From positions 7,895,352 through 7,959,351 of the forward strand of contig MU053934.1 in NCBI GenBank assembly GCA_013239625.1: 64,000 nucleotides of DNA, given 5' to 3'. The position numbers and the translations under genes are program-made. Below, one piece after another: positions 49,843 to 61,270 of the stretch. Position 1 is the stretch's first letter. Each line of letters opens with the position of its first letter. The notes beneath the pieces are model-generated. The model was given only the letters and a program-made list of their open reading frames with translations. It had not been told where the DNA came from and ran no database searches. Source of the stretch: Lama guanicoe (lineage: Eukaryota).

Positions 49843-49959
49843 CTGACCAGCCCGAGGAGCTGGTCCTTCGTCTTGGAACAGATGCCGAGGGCCAAGCTCC
49901 TCAGCATGGCCTGCATCCACCACAAGTCAGCCGGCACGTCGGGCAGCCACGCCACCAAC
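49843..49959 (-). CDS. PNPLA5: PNPLA5 exon 8 ((R)LVAWLPDVPADLWWMQAMLRSLALGICSKTKDQLLGLV)
   Basis: ccag|G TTG...AG|gtgaga; 117 nt; WLPDVP motif of PNPLA2/3/5. Confidence 0.93.
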
Positions 49960-52191
49960 CTGGACAGAGAGGCAGCAACAGCTTCGCCCGGCTGAGCCCG
50001 AGAGTGCAGCCCCACTGAGCCCACCCTCCCCATGGGTCCAGAGCCAGGCCGAGGTCCCTGCGCTGAGGCACCAGGACTAAAGGAAGGGGGTGGGGAGTAG
50101 GAAGCACCAGTGGTGCTGGCTCCATCGCACAGCGAGTCGGACACACAGACACCTCCAGAGGCATTGGGGGCACAGGGAATGATCCCTGATGGACTGTGAA
50201 CTTGATGGAGGCGGCCAGGCCCTCAGGGTCATTGATCCCACAGGGCACAAGTGGGAAGCCTAGGGGTGGAAAGGGTGGGGCTTTGGGGTCAGGCTGGCTT
50301 GGTGCGCAGCCCAGCTCCCCTGTTCATCAGCTTTGTGACCTGGGCATGTCAGGGCACCTCTCTGGGCCTCATTTTCCTCACCAGCCAAATGAGGACCATC
50401 ACCTCACCAGCAGTTCCTAACCTCCTCCCTAACTCTGTCCCTTCCTCTCTCTCTTCCCCAGACTAGCCTGTTCTCCCCACTCCACACCCCTTCACCCACT
50501 CTCCTCTCAACAGCTAGCAACTTCCTAAAACTGACATTTGATCATAGTCCTCTCTTGCTCAAAGCCCTCTCGTGGCTCCCCACGTGGGCCCCGCAGGACC
50601 AGCAGAGGCATGCATCACCCAATTATGGCCGAGGGAGAGCGTGGCCAGGCACCTTCTCAGATTCACTGGACACTGCAGGCTCCCCTCCCCACAACGTATT
50701 GCCCTTAGAGGGGCCTCCAAACCAGGGCCTCAAACTGGGCAAACAGTCCACAGGGTACAGTGTGACAAGCAAAACATAAACTGGACTGTCACCTCCCTTG
50801 TTCGGGACCTTGTGCCCCTATTATTGCAACCTACATATTGAGTATGTAAGTTATAGAAAACAGCAGATATAAATTTCCCTGTGGTCTGGGCAGGCGTCCT
50901 CATCAATGCTCATAAGTGGATTTTTTTTTTGTAATTGAAAAGGCTGGGGTTTGCATAAAAGCTCAGCATAAGGACAATCCATGTCAGCAGAAAGTTCTCT
51001 CTGAGCTTTGGGTCACCCAGCAATCTAGACAGCAGGGCTGACCTAGTCACTAACTCAGCATGGAGCAGGACAGAGACTTGTAGACTGTCACAGGCCTTCT
51101 TCTAGGGAATAGAGAATTTTGAAAAATACAGATCTCCCCATGACACTTGCCTGCCAAAACCTTCACTGCCTTCCTGCAACTGTCAGAACAAAGACCACAC
51201 TCCTCACTTAACCACAGATCCCCTAGTGTCTAGCCCCTGCCGGCCTCCTGAGCCCCACCAGATACAGACAGCACGCCACATTTTGGTTCCAGACACACTA
51301 ACCTCCATTTCAGCTCCTCAAATGAGCCTTCCTCCCTTCTGCCTTTTGCCCCAGGAACTATGCACATGCTGTTCCAGCCATCTGAAATACTTTTCCATTC
51401 CTTCTTGGCCTAGTGGACTCTTACCCATCCTTCAGATTATAGCTCAAAAGTGTCTCCTCTAAGCAGCCTTCCATGACCAAAGAATCCCTCTTGTGAGCTG
51501 CCCCAGTTTACTGTCAATATAAACCTCTCCTAGGAATCCACAGCCAGTGTAGACCTCTTTAGGTATCCCTAGGCACCGCTGGATTATCCAGGTGAATGTG
51601 TGATGATGTGAGCTCCATGAGGCCAGGGACCAGGTCTGAGTCAGTGCTGCCTCCCAGCCCCCAGCTATGGCGTGGCCATTAGTAGGCCCTCAATAACTAT
51701 TGGTGAATGAATGAACAAACGATGCAGTAATCAGCAGAGTCAGACTGGTTAGTGGGGGTCTAACCACAGCCAGTTTGCCCTGGAAAGGCCTCACTTTATA
51801 GAAAAGGAATCAGAGACCCAGAGAGGTCAAGAGAGGCCCGGGGCTCACAGACCAGCCCCTAGAGGTGTCCTCTCGCAGCACATTTTCTCTGAGGCTCCGA
51901 TAGGTGGAGCAATGACCAAAGGTCCTAGAGATGGAAGGGGCCAGGCGCTGAGCAGGAGGCCCACTTCAGATAGATAGATCCGAGGGATGGAGCCCAGCGG
52001 CTGCTCCACCTCCCCCTCAGACCCACCACCAAGACTCCTCGAGGTCATGCCGCCAACATCAGGCAGCGCGAGGAGGCCAGCCAGGCTCTGCCCGCCCCCG
52101 TCCCCCACCAGCGTGTCAGCTGCCCTCCTGCAATGGGCACAGGTCTCTGCCACAACCCTGGCCCTTCCCAGGACCCCTGGCCAGGCCTCAC

Positions 52192-52324
52192 CTTCTGCTC
52201 CGGAAGTAGACGTACTCAAAGGGCAGTGTGCAAGGCAGCAGCAGGTAGGTGAGCGCCCGCCCGGGCCCCGACTGGCAGAGGGAGGCCCAGGGGCTGGGGT
52301 CCCTCATACACGCCTCCTTCAGTG
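52192..52324 (-). CDS. PNPLA5: PNPLA5 exon 7 ((A)LKEACMRDPSPWASLCQSGPGRALTYLLLPCTLPFEYVYFRSR)
   Basis: gcag|CA...AG|gtgagg; 133 nt; LPCTLP motif. Confidence 0.93.
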
Positions 52325-54379
52325 CTGCAAGAGAAGCCGTGGCATGGCCATCCAGCCCTCCAGCCACCCCCTTCACCGTCACCCTCAGGGAGGACAGCCC
52401 GAGCCCCTCTCTGCCTCCCAAAGTCCACAGAGGACCCCCCCCACCCCTCCCGGTCTACAGCGGGAGCAGCAGCGTTGATGGAACCCCCACCCTCAGCCGG
52501 CAGGGGGCCAGGCTCTCAGCTCGTGCTCCCTCATTATTGTCCCTTAAACGGCAGAGTGTGTCCCTTTCACAGATGAGCAAACTGAGGTTCAGAGTGGAGA
52601 AGTGACTTCCCAAAGACCATGGGCCGGAAGTGGCAGGGCCAGGATGGACTGTCAGGCTCCTCAACCTCCTCCCACCTCTCCCGCCCCTACGGGAAAGCCT
52701 GTTGTGGCCCCTAGGGTGGGACCAGTGGCCACACCATACCTCCCTCAATAACAGCGCCTCAGTATTATTACTAACTGCAGCAGCAGTAGCTGTGACCACA
52801 ACGACCATTTTCCAAGCCCCCAGCCCCTTCACTGACCAGAGCGCAAGGGCCCGGCATCCTGGTCAGGGCAGAGCCAGAGCCCGAATCCCAGCCTCCAGAC
52901 CATGGCTCAGCCACGCATACCCCACCAACCTCGACTCCGGGTCCCCAGGCAACACTGTGCCAAGACCCAGCTCCCCACTACCTGTTCTGTGGCCTGGAAC
53001 GAGTCCCTTCCCATCCCTAGGTTACCTCCTCTGAAAAATGGGGATGCTGACAGGGCAGACCTCCCTGGGGCAGGTGGGGATTAAGGGGTGTCTGTAAGGG
53101 CGGGGCCAGAAGCAACTTCCTTCCCGCGGGGAGGGCATGCTGGCTGCGCCTTGCGCTAGTGCCCCATCAGAGAGGCTCTCTGGTGCCCCCGTGTGGCTGC
53201 AGGGACACCGTCAGGGTTCCAGAGCCCCAAGCTTAGACTGCAGGGGCTCAGCACAGATCCAGTTCCATCCAGGTACGCCCTGTGTGGTCTCCTGTGCAGA
53301 GAGTGGTGCCCTCCTTATCCCTGCGCCCGCCCCATTGTCCCCGCTCTGGCCTTGACCACCATCATCCCTCCTCCTGGCATCCCACCTCTTCAGCCCATCC
53401 CCTCCCGGGTAGGTGCAATAAACTCTGGACCTAGAGTTCAGAGCAGTAGTGAACTCTGAAAAGGAGGGGTCATCCCCCCACCGCCGGTGCTTCCCATCTC
53501 TTTCCTCCTGCAGCTTTCCAGGCCAACTGCCCCACCCTCCCAGGCTCCCCAAGCCCAATCTCTGCTACCCCACCCCTCCCTCAACCACTGTGCTGCAGCT
53601 ACAGGGGCCTCCAAACTGCCCCATCAAACCCAGGACATTCACACGTGACATGTCCTGGGCCCAGATGCTCGCCTTCCTCTCTTTTGCCTGGCCAGCTCTA
53701 CCTGTCAGGTCTCACTTAATGCTGCTCAAATCCCACGCCCACCACCGACACATGTACCTATATGTCCCTGGGGTGGCAATTGTGACATTCACTGAGCAGA
53801 AGAGCAGACTAAACGGGTCACAGCAGAAGTCCTGGTTCTGCTAGTTGTTTGCTGTGTGAACTTGGCCAAGTCACTTAAGCTCTCTGTGCTGTGGTTTCCT
53901 CATCTGTACAATGGGGACAATTCAGTACCATCCTCAGAGTATTGTCAGGGGGATGAAATGAGTCCCCCTCCATCTGAAGAGTCCAGAACCCTCCATGTGG
54001 GCCTCTCCTGTGTCCCTCAGTACCCCCTACCCTTTCCTGGGCAGTGGGAAAAGACCTGGCTTCCCCAGGCACAGACTTGGCTTTCAATCCACCAGTTGCA
54101 GGCTTTGAGACCCCAGGGAGCCCCTACCCCTCTCTGAGCTTCAGTTTCCCCAGCAAGGAAATGGGGTCAGAAAAACACTCAGGCCCACGGTGGTGGTCAA
54201 CAGTGAAGGGGCAACACATTCGAAGCCCCAGCCCCATTCCTGGCACTTAGTTAATTGTCAGTAAATGAGTCATGTCCTCTTCCAGGCCACCAACACCTTC
54301 AGGGCAGGGTCCCTGGCCCCAGGCCTCTGCGTTCAGGGTACCTGGTCGGCGAGCAAGCGCAGGAGGGAAGGGGCAGTAC

Positions 54380-54553
54380 CAGCCTCCAGCTCTGGGGAGA
54401 GCTGCTCAAAGTTGGGCACGTCTTTGACAAGCACATTGGGCACTGCGCAGTTGAAAGACAGGTCTCCGTCGCGGCCAGCATCCTGGTTCCCATCAGCTGG
54501 GGCCGGGGGCTCCTTGGACACCAAAGTCCGCAGCACTGGCTCCTTAGTGAGTC
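54380..54553 (-). CDS. PNPLA5: PNPLA5 exon 6 ((G)LTKEPVLRTLVSKEPPAPADGNQDAGRDGDLSFNCAVPNVLVKDVPNFEQLSPELEA)
   Basis: ccag|GA...GCT G|gtactg; 174 nt, phase consistent with neighbours. Confidence 0.92.
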
Positions 54554-55624
54554 CTGGGTCGGTGGGCGGAGGGGCACGACAGCTCAGCCCATCTAGAGCG
54601 TCCCGGTCGCAGTGACTTCCCCAGAGCTCCCGCTGCCTATACCATCTGCCCCTCGGTGCTCAGCCCCAGCCCTGGGGCCCTGTTAGCCCCAGGAGGGATG
54701 GACCCCCGGCTCATCCTGAAAGACCCCTTCCTACCCTCCCCGGGCCCTGCTCTGCTCCCTGCTCCCTGTGCACGTTCTAGTGGTCAACACAACCCACAGC
54801 CTGAAGACCCAGACCCAGTCCAAGGTTCAAATCCTAGGGTCACAGCGGCTAGCAATGTGAGCTAACCTCTCCACACAATGGTTCCCCTCCCTGTGAAAGG
54901 GGGAAATTAAGACCCGCTTTATTTGGTCGTCCTGAGAATGAGATGAGATAAACACATAAGGCTAAAGCCCAGGGCTGGACACACACTCTGTGCTCAGCAC
55001 GTGCTTCCCACTGCTGTATGTTTGGGGCCCTAGTGTGGGGGTCAAGGGCATGGGTTCTGGAGCCGGACGGCTTGGGTTCAGATCTCAGCTCTACCACTCT
55101 GAAGAGCGTTACCCTGCGGGATGACATCCCAGCTAAGAAGAGCTCTCTGGCCCACCTCCTGCTCCTTGGAAACACGCTCGCACACAGACACAAACACACG
55201 GGCTCCTGCGGTTCTGCTGAGGTCTGCGCCTCGAGGTGCTAGCTTCTGTTCCTTTGCTCTTGCTAAAACCCCACTTATCTGTCCCGGCCTCCAGGAAGCC
55301 CTCCTTCACCACCCAAGCCACCAGGCTGGGTCAGGTGCCCCTGCTGGGGTCCCACAGCCCTGGGCATCCCTCCGTCTCCCTGGGGAGATGTCTTTCCCTG
55401 GGTCTGTCCCCGCCTCTCCCGCGCCAGGTGGCGGGCAGCTTGAGAGTAGGACGTGTGTGATTCCTCTCGGGGTCCCCAGCAGCCAGCTCAGGCCAAGCAT
55501 AGAGCAGATGCCGAGGAGGAGAATAAATGAGCTGAAGTCCCTAAAAACTCAAACAGCTGCAAGCAGGATCCGCCTGGCACTCATGTAGAGGGCGATCCCT
55601 AGCTACTGGGGGTCTGCCACCTAC

Positions 55625-55685
55625 CATGTTTCTCCAGGAACCTCAGGGCATCCAGGTAGCCTTGTCTGCAGTTGTCGGCCACTAC
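55625..55685 (-). CDS. PNPLA5: PNPLA5 exon 5 (VVADNCRQGYLDALRFLEKH)
   Basis: gcag|GTA...CAT G|gtaggt; 61 nt; GYLDALRFLE motif. Not in the ORF track. Confidence 0.94.
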
Positions 55686-56828
55686 CTGCCAACACACAGG
55701 TCAGGGGGTGCTGGGGAAGGCCTGGACCCTGGAGCTGATGGTCACAGACCAGAGACTCATCGTCAACTGGAAGCGACCCCACTCTTGGGATCCCAGCCTC
55801 TGCTTCCCAAGAGACTCCTCAGCAGGCTCAAGGACCCTGGGGGGTCTCTGCCCAGTTTTGGCCAGAGAGGGCCACCGGGCTGCTGGTGGAACAACTCTGC
55901 TCCAACTGCCTCCCTCCCCGCAGCCTCATTCCTTCCCTCCTCTGAGACTCCTCTGGCTGGGGGCTCTTGCTCCAGAACCCCCCTCTCTGGCCTCAATTCC
56001 CTCCTCTGGAAAAACGGGGTAACAGGCCTGGCTGGGGGTGCCTGGGACCTTACCTGCTTCCCTACAGATCAATAATGGGGGTTCCCTTTGCCCTTTGATG
56101 TTCATTTCCAGGACCAGCCTGGGATGACAGAGGAACGCAGAGACCCACACCTGCCTGTCTCAGTCAGGGCCCCACTATTGGGGAAAAGGCACCTGCAGGT
56201 CAGGACAGCTCTCTGACTTCCTTTGTTGTGTGACCTCGGGATGGCCACCCACCTTCCTGAGAACCTCGGCTTCCTTGTCTATAAAATGAGGCTGAAATTT
56301 TCTGTCTACCCCGTGGGTATAGGGAGGATCAGCTTAAATGAACAGGGCCTTGTTTCATAAGTTACAAAATACTATGCAATCAGAAGAGGTGTGAAGGAAT
56401 TGGGGAGGGCCAGGGAGTGGCTGAGGTGGAGGAGTGTGAGATGATGATAAACTGTGGTCAAATCACCCATTTCCCAGAAACACCAAGGAGCAAAGAGCAG
56501 GGAATGTGGGTTGCTTGTCCATCTCTTCCTGTCCGTGTACCTTGACACCACTCAGAGGGTCAACTGGGCCACAGTCTAGGGCAGCAATTAAGAGCATGGG
56601 TCTGGGCTGGCTGAGGATCTGAAGCCTGGTTTGCTGCTTCCAGGCTGGGTGACTTTGAAAAAGCTGCTTAACCTCTCTGAGACTTGGTGTCCCCCCCTGA
56701 GAAACGAAGATGATAACGGTACCTTGTCACAGAGTCTGACCCAGAGGGCCACCAGCATGACTCATGGGGCACTTGATCGTGGCCAAGCCTCTAACACCTT
56801 CAAGGCCAGGCACGGGGGCAAGACTCAC

Positions 56829-57038
56829 CTCGGGGCTCAAGGGTATGAGGGAGGAGAGGCCCAGGTAGAGGTTCTGGGTGCAGATCTGGAAGCTGACATT
56901 GAAGATGTTCAGCTCATGCATGCTGGCCGAGGTGCTCTGGGGACAGATGTCCACTGTCCCGTGGAAGGGTGACACAGTGATGACAGAGGGGGAGTCCGCG
57001 AAAGGCAAGTTATTGCTGAACCCGCCGTCGATGTAGCG
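56829..57038 (-). CDS. PNPLA5: PNPLA5 exon 4 (RYIDGGFSNNLPFADSPSVITVSPFHG...LSPE)
   Basis: gcag|CGC...GAG|gtgagt; 210 nt; catalytic Asp in DGG. Confidence 0.95.
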
Positions 57039-57328
57039 CTGCAAATCAGGCAGCCGTGATGCCCTTAGGGTGTCCTCCGCACCCACGCTGCCAGGAAGCC
57101 ACCCCCGAAGACGGGCTGCAGCCGATCACCTCTAGCTGCCCCTGAGTCAGTAGGTCCACCCCAACCCAGGGTGCTCGGAGCACTCCCCGGAATAGGGGAG
57201 GGCCTGGCACACAGTAAGGGCACAAGGAGCACTGTTTCCTCCAGCCACGCACCTCTCAATGGTAGGTACCCGGGCAGCCCAGAGCACAAGGCAGCGGCCC
57301 GGTCACTGAGCGCCCGACGCATACTTAC

Positions 57329-57394
57329 CTCCCCTCTGAACATAGGGGGGATGGTCCCACAGTAGAAAGGGATGTACAAGGAGCAGATCACAGC
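57329..57394 (-). CDS. PNPLA5: PNPLA5 exon 3 (AVICSLYIPFYCGTIPPMFRGE)
   Basis: ccag|GCT...GAG|gtaagt; 66 nt. Confidence 0.95.
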
Positions 57395-57739
57395 CTGGGA
57401 GGACAGGTCAGTGGAAACACAATTATTCACATTCCTCATGTTCAGAACCTGCTCTGGGCACGGCGTCCAATCCCAGAGCAGCCCGCAAGGGGGGTGTCAT
57501 AATGCTGTCTCTGGACAGCCGCTGGGATTTTTTCTCCAAAGGACAGACAGGCACCAAGTACCATTTCCCCTTCATCCACCTGCCAGGAATTCTCCACCGA
57601 GAATCTAGGTATGTCTCCCACAGCGTGTTCCCTCCAACCATTCCAACCAGGGACACCTCAAACAGGAAACCCTGATTCTTTCCTTTTTGGAAAATACTGT
57701 CTACTCTTCCCAGTAGAGGCTCTGACAAGTCCTGCAGTG

Positions 57740-57951
57740 GAGAAGATGCTGGAGAATTCTCTTTTGTGGGGAGAGTTGTCGAACTGTGCTTTGCAGGATG
57801 TTTAGCAGCATCCCTGGCCTCAACCCATGAGGTGCCAGTATCTTGTGCACATGCACACACACACACAGAGTTGTGACAGCCAAAAATGTCTCCAATGTTG
57901 TTAAATGTCCCCAGGATGAAAAAAAAAATCATCCCTGGTTCAGAACCACTG
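57740..57951. mobile_element. MER20-like hAT MITE
   Basis: gcaggatgtttagcagcatccctggcctc...gttgtgacagccaaaaatgtctcca...agaaccactg. Confidence 0.8.
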
Positions 57952-58999
57952 ACCTAGAGCTTACCAGACCCATCGAACGTGGAGCCTTGTCTCAAGGGGC
58001 ACTTGGAGACATCCCTCTAACCCTTCCTGGGAGATGTAGAAGCCATCTCAGCTCTGACCAGATGGAGGTGCAGAGCCCCGAGCCCACAGGCTGATCATCA
58101 TAGTGGCAGCGGCTAATGGTTACTGAGCACCTAGGTGCCAGGCCAGGTACTATGTGCAGTACAGGCCCGGATGCTGGGATGCACTTTGGGGTCCCCAGTT
58201 GGCTTCCTCAGGAGCCCACCACAAGGGACTGGCCCATTCCCTGCACACACTGAGAATACCAGTCAGCACACACTCAGAGACAGTCCTTGAGCCGGGGGAA
58301 GCACAGCCCTCCTGGCCTTACAGGGTCGGGACCTGTCGCTCGACCTGTCTGAGCTCTCCAGGGGACCCATTCCCTACATGGCCCTCCTGAGCATCCCCAT
58401 GGTCTGCCCCTGGCCTCTCCCTGACCACGTGGCTCTCTGTCATATCCTCCTGTTTGATTCCAATGCTGGGTTGTTTCTTACTTTCTTACTAGAGAATGTG
58501 GTCAGTTTCTGCACCCAAACATGTTTGAATAGAAGTCGCAAGATGACAGAGATTTTCATCTGTGTCATTCCTGTTGAGTCACTTGGAATGTGCTTGCAAT
58601 GGTGACTGGCACATAATAGATACTCAATAAATGTTTGCCCACCTTGTCAAAATGCGCCTGGAGACCTGGATGGGGTGGTGCTGGGCAGGCACCCCTCTGG
58701 GAAAAGCAGCCCTTTCAGGGACCCTGTATAAACAAGCCTGACTTTGCGGTCTCCCCAGCCATACCCTTCCTTCCGTGTGTAGCCCAGGGGCCTCCCCACA
58801 GCAGGCTAGGGAGTCCTACTCCCCCTACCACTCTTCTGTGCATCTCAACGTCCTAATTTGTGAACAAACTGAGCTTCCATCCCCACCCCTCAAGGGCCCC
58901 AGAGAAGTGTCTGCCTCTGAAAAGCTCCTGTAAGTCACTCTGGTAGGAGATGGAGGCCACCCACCTGCCACCAGGCCCTGAGTCCCTCCATTTGCTCAC

Positions 59000-59229
59000 C
59001 TGGATGACCTCATCTCGGGTGGCGAAGTCAGTGACGATGCAGTTCTGGCCATCGGGCCAGTGGGTTATCGAGATGCCCAGCCGCTTGGACGCCAGGATGT
59101 GGATGTCCGCGGGCAGACTGTCTTGTAGCTCCTGCCGGATGTACTCAATGGGCGCGAAGGCGGGGTGGAAGACGCCCAGGCTCAGCTGCTCCACGTGCTT
59201 GATCATGCCCAGAAGGCTGGAGCCGAAGT
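59000..59229 (-). CDS. PNPLA5: PNPLA5 exon 2 ((Y)FGSSLLGMIKHVEQLSLGVFHPAFAPIEY...VTDFATRDEVIQ)
   Basis: gcag|AC TTC...CAG|gtgagc; 230 nt; RLGIS patatin segment. Confidence 0.95.
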
Positions 59230-59639
59230 CTGCAGTGCGGGGAGGGGAGAGGGCCCTCAGCCACATAGGACACCTGCCCAGACCATACCCTTCCCAAAGG
59301 CTTAACCTCCCTCCTGGGGCGATGGGAGTGGAGGGTCTTCCCCTCTCCAGCTCAGAATTTCTGTGCCCAGCCCTGTGTTCAAATGCTCTGTCCACCTCTT
59401 GACATTGGGAACACTGCTCCCGGCTCTGAGCCTCGGGTCCGTCCTCTGCGAAATGGGGGCGACTCAGTCCCGAGATTAAACGGGAGCGTGCTGGCTGGAG
59501 CGGCCGCAGGGCACCGCGCCGGGCACGAGGCTCTGAGGCACCCCTCTCCGTGCCCACCCTCTCGGGTCGGAATCAGCCACGACTCGCGCCGGCGAGCTGA
59601 TACCGCCCTGCGCCCCATCCACGCGGCTCCCGGACGCAC

Positions 59640-59832
59640 AGGCCGACATGCTGCCGACGACGCTGAGGGCGCCGAGCGCCCCGGACGAGGAGCCGTAGAA
59701 GCGGCCGGCGCCCTGCAGGAGGCGCGGGGCGCGCTGGCGCAGGCACTGGGTCACGCCCACGTAGTAGAGCGCCTGGAAGCCGGCGCCCGAGAAGGACAGG
59801 CTCCAGCTGCCCTCCTTCTCAAAGCTGCGCAT
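59640..59832 (-). CDS. PNPLA5: Patatin-like phospholipase domain-containing 5, exon 1 (MRSFEKEGSWSLSFSGAGFQALYYVGVTQCLRQRAPRLLQGAGRFYGSSSGALG...)
   Basis: gccgccATG; GSSSG nucleophile elbow; CLRQRAPRLLQGA typical of PNPLA5; donor T|gtgcgt; 193 nt; position next to SULT4A1 matches. Confidence 0.95.
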
Positions 59833-60150
59833 GGCGGCGGGGCTCGGCCGGGGATGGGGTCGGAAGAGGGCCGGGAGGGGTTTCGGCGGCGGATGGGGCG
59901 GGAACCGGGTGCGGGAGCCGCACGGGGAAGCCCCAGAGTACGGAGCTCGGGCTGCGGCGGGAGATGAAGCTCGGTGCGCGCCCGGGCCCCGCCCCGCGGG
60001 CCCTGGGCGCTGCGTCAGCCGCGCGCCAGCCAATGAGGTCCTGGAGCCCCGACCCGCATCCCCGGGCGAGCATCAGGTGTGCCCCGAGGCACAGGCTCGC
60101 TGCGGGCGCCTCGCCGCCCTCTGCGGGGAGCAGCGCTTCTCGGAGAATTC
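59833..60150 (-). promoter_or_regulatory. PNPLA5: PNPLA5 CpG-island 5' UTR and promoter
   Basis: CpG-dense; GC box ~59987-59996; TGCGTCA 60011-60017; CCAAT on + at 60030-60034. Confidence 0.75.
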
Positions 60151-60189
60151 TGGAAGACGGAACATCTTCTTATGCCAGAAAGCAAGGAA

Positions 60190-60653
60190 GTGCTCAGGAA
60201 ACAATGGGACAGAGACTCGTCCACATCCTAAAAACACTTAGAACCTGCGAATATGTTTTCTTACGTGTCAAAAGGGTCTTTGCAAATGTGATTCAGTTAA
60301 AGACCTTAAAGCAGGACTGTTATTCTGGATTACCTGGGTGGGTCTGATGTAGTCACAGGGAACCTTAGACGACGGAAGAGGGTGGCAGAAGAGTCAGAGG
60401 GAGATACAAAGATACTGTGGTGCTGATGGAGGGAGGGGCCGTGAGCCACAGAATGCGCAGCCCCTAAAAGGCAGGGAGGTGGATTCTCCTCTAGAGCCCT
60501 CAGAAGGAACAGAGCCTGGCTAACGCTTTGATTTTAACCCAATGAAACCGATTTTGGATTTCTGACCTCCCACACTGTAAAATAATAAATTTGTGTTTTT
60601 CCTGGGCCGTGAAGTCTGTGGTAGCTTGTCCCAGCGGCAGTAGGAAACATACA
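60190..60653 (+). mobile_element. MLT1-type MaLR solo LTR just upstream of the PNPLA5 promoter
   Basis: gtccacatccta...gaacctgcgaatatg...ctttgcaaatgtgatt...gattctcctctagagcc...aataaatttgtgtt...aggaaacataca. Confidence 0.85.
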
Positions 60654-60659
60654 CACTGC

Positions 60660-61270
60660 CTCTGAAGCACTTTTGACAAAAATGCATAACCTGAACATAA
60701 TCTTGAGGAAACATAACTTAAATGCAAATTAAGGACCATCCTACTCAATAACTTGCCTGTAGTCTTAAAAAAAAGTTAAGATTATGAAAGACAAAGAAAA
60801 GCAGATTAATGATGCATGGCAACTGAGCAATACTCAGTCCTGGATTCTCTCCTAGCCAGCAGGAGAAATAGCCCTAAGTGACATCATGGGGACAATTGGT
60901 AAAATCTCAATATGAACTGTGAATTAAATCACAGTGCTGCATTCATGTTACGTTTACCAATTTGGAAACTGTACTGTGAGTACCTAAGAAAAAGTCTTTG
61001 TTCTTAGGAAATTTACCAAGATACTTAGAAGTAAAGAGGCATGGTGTCAGCAGCCTAATTTCCTGTGGTTCAGGGGGAAAAATCTCTAGCTCTCAAGATC
61101 TTATATCCACATCTACTTATCTATATGCCTATTATCCAGAGAGAGAGAGAGCAACTGTGCCAGATGTTACTGAGTAAGGAGGACATGAGAACTCTTTTTT
61201 TGTACAATTCTTGCAACTTCTCTGAAAATGTGAGGTCACATCAAAATGAAAAAAGAAGAAGACAGCAGAC
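60660..61270 (+). mobile_element. Old L1 (L1MC/ME-type) 3' fragment
   Basis: cataacctgaacataatcttgaggaaaca...tttgttcttaggaaa...cttgcaacttctctga; similar to segments at 41.6-42.5 kb. Confidence 0.55.

Noticed and set aside
49125..59832. PNPLA5 as a pseudogene
   Set aside because: Exons 1-8 are in frame with GT-AG ends, catalytic Ser and Asp are intact, and the CpG promoter is retained; the only frame anomaly is in the short last exon.
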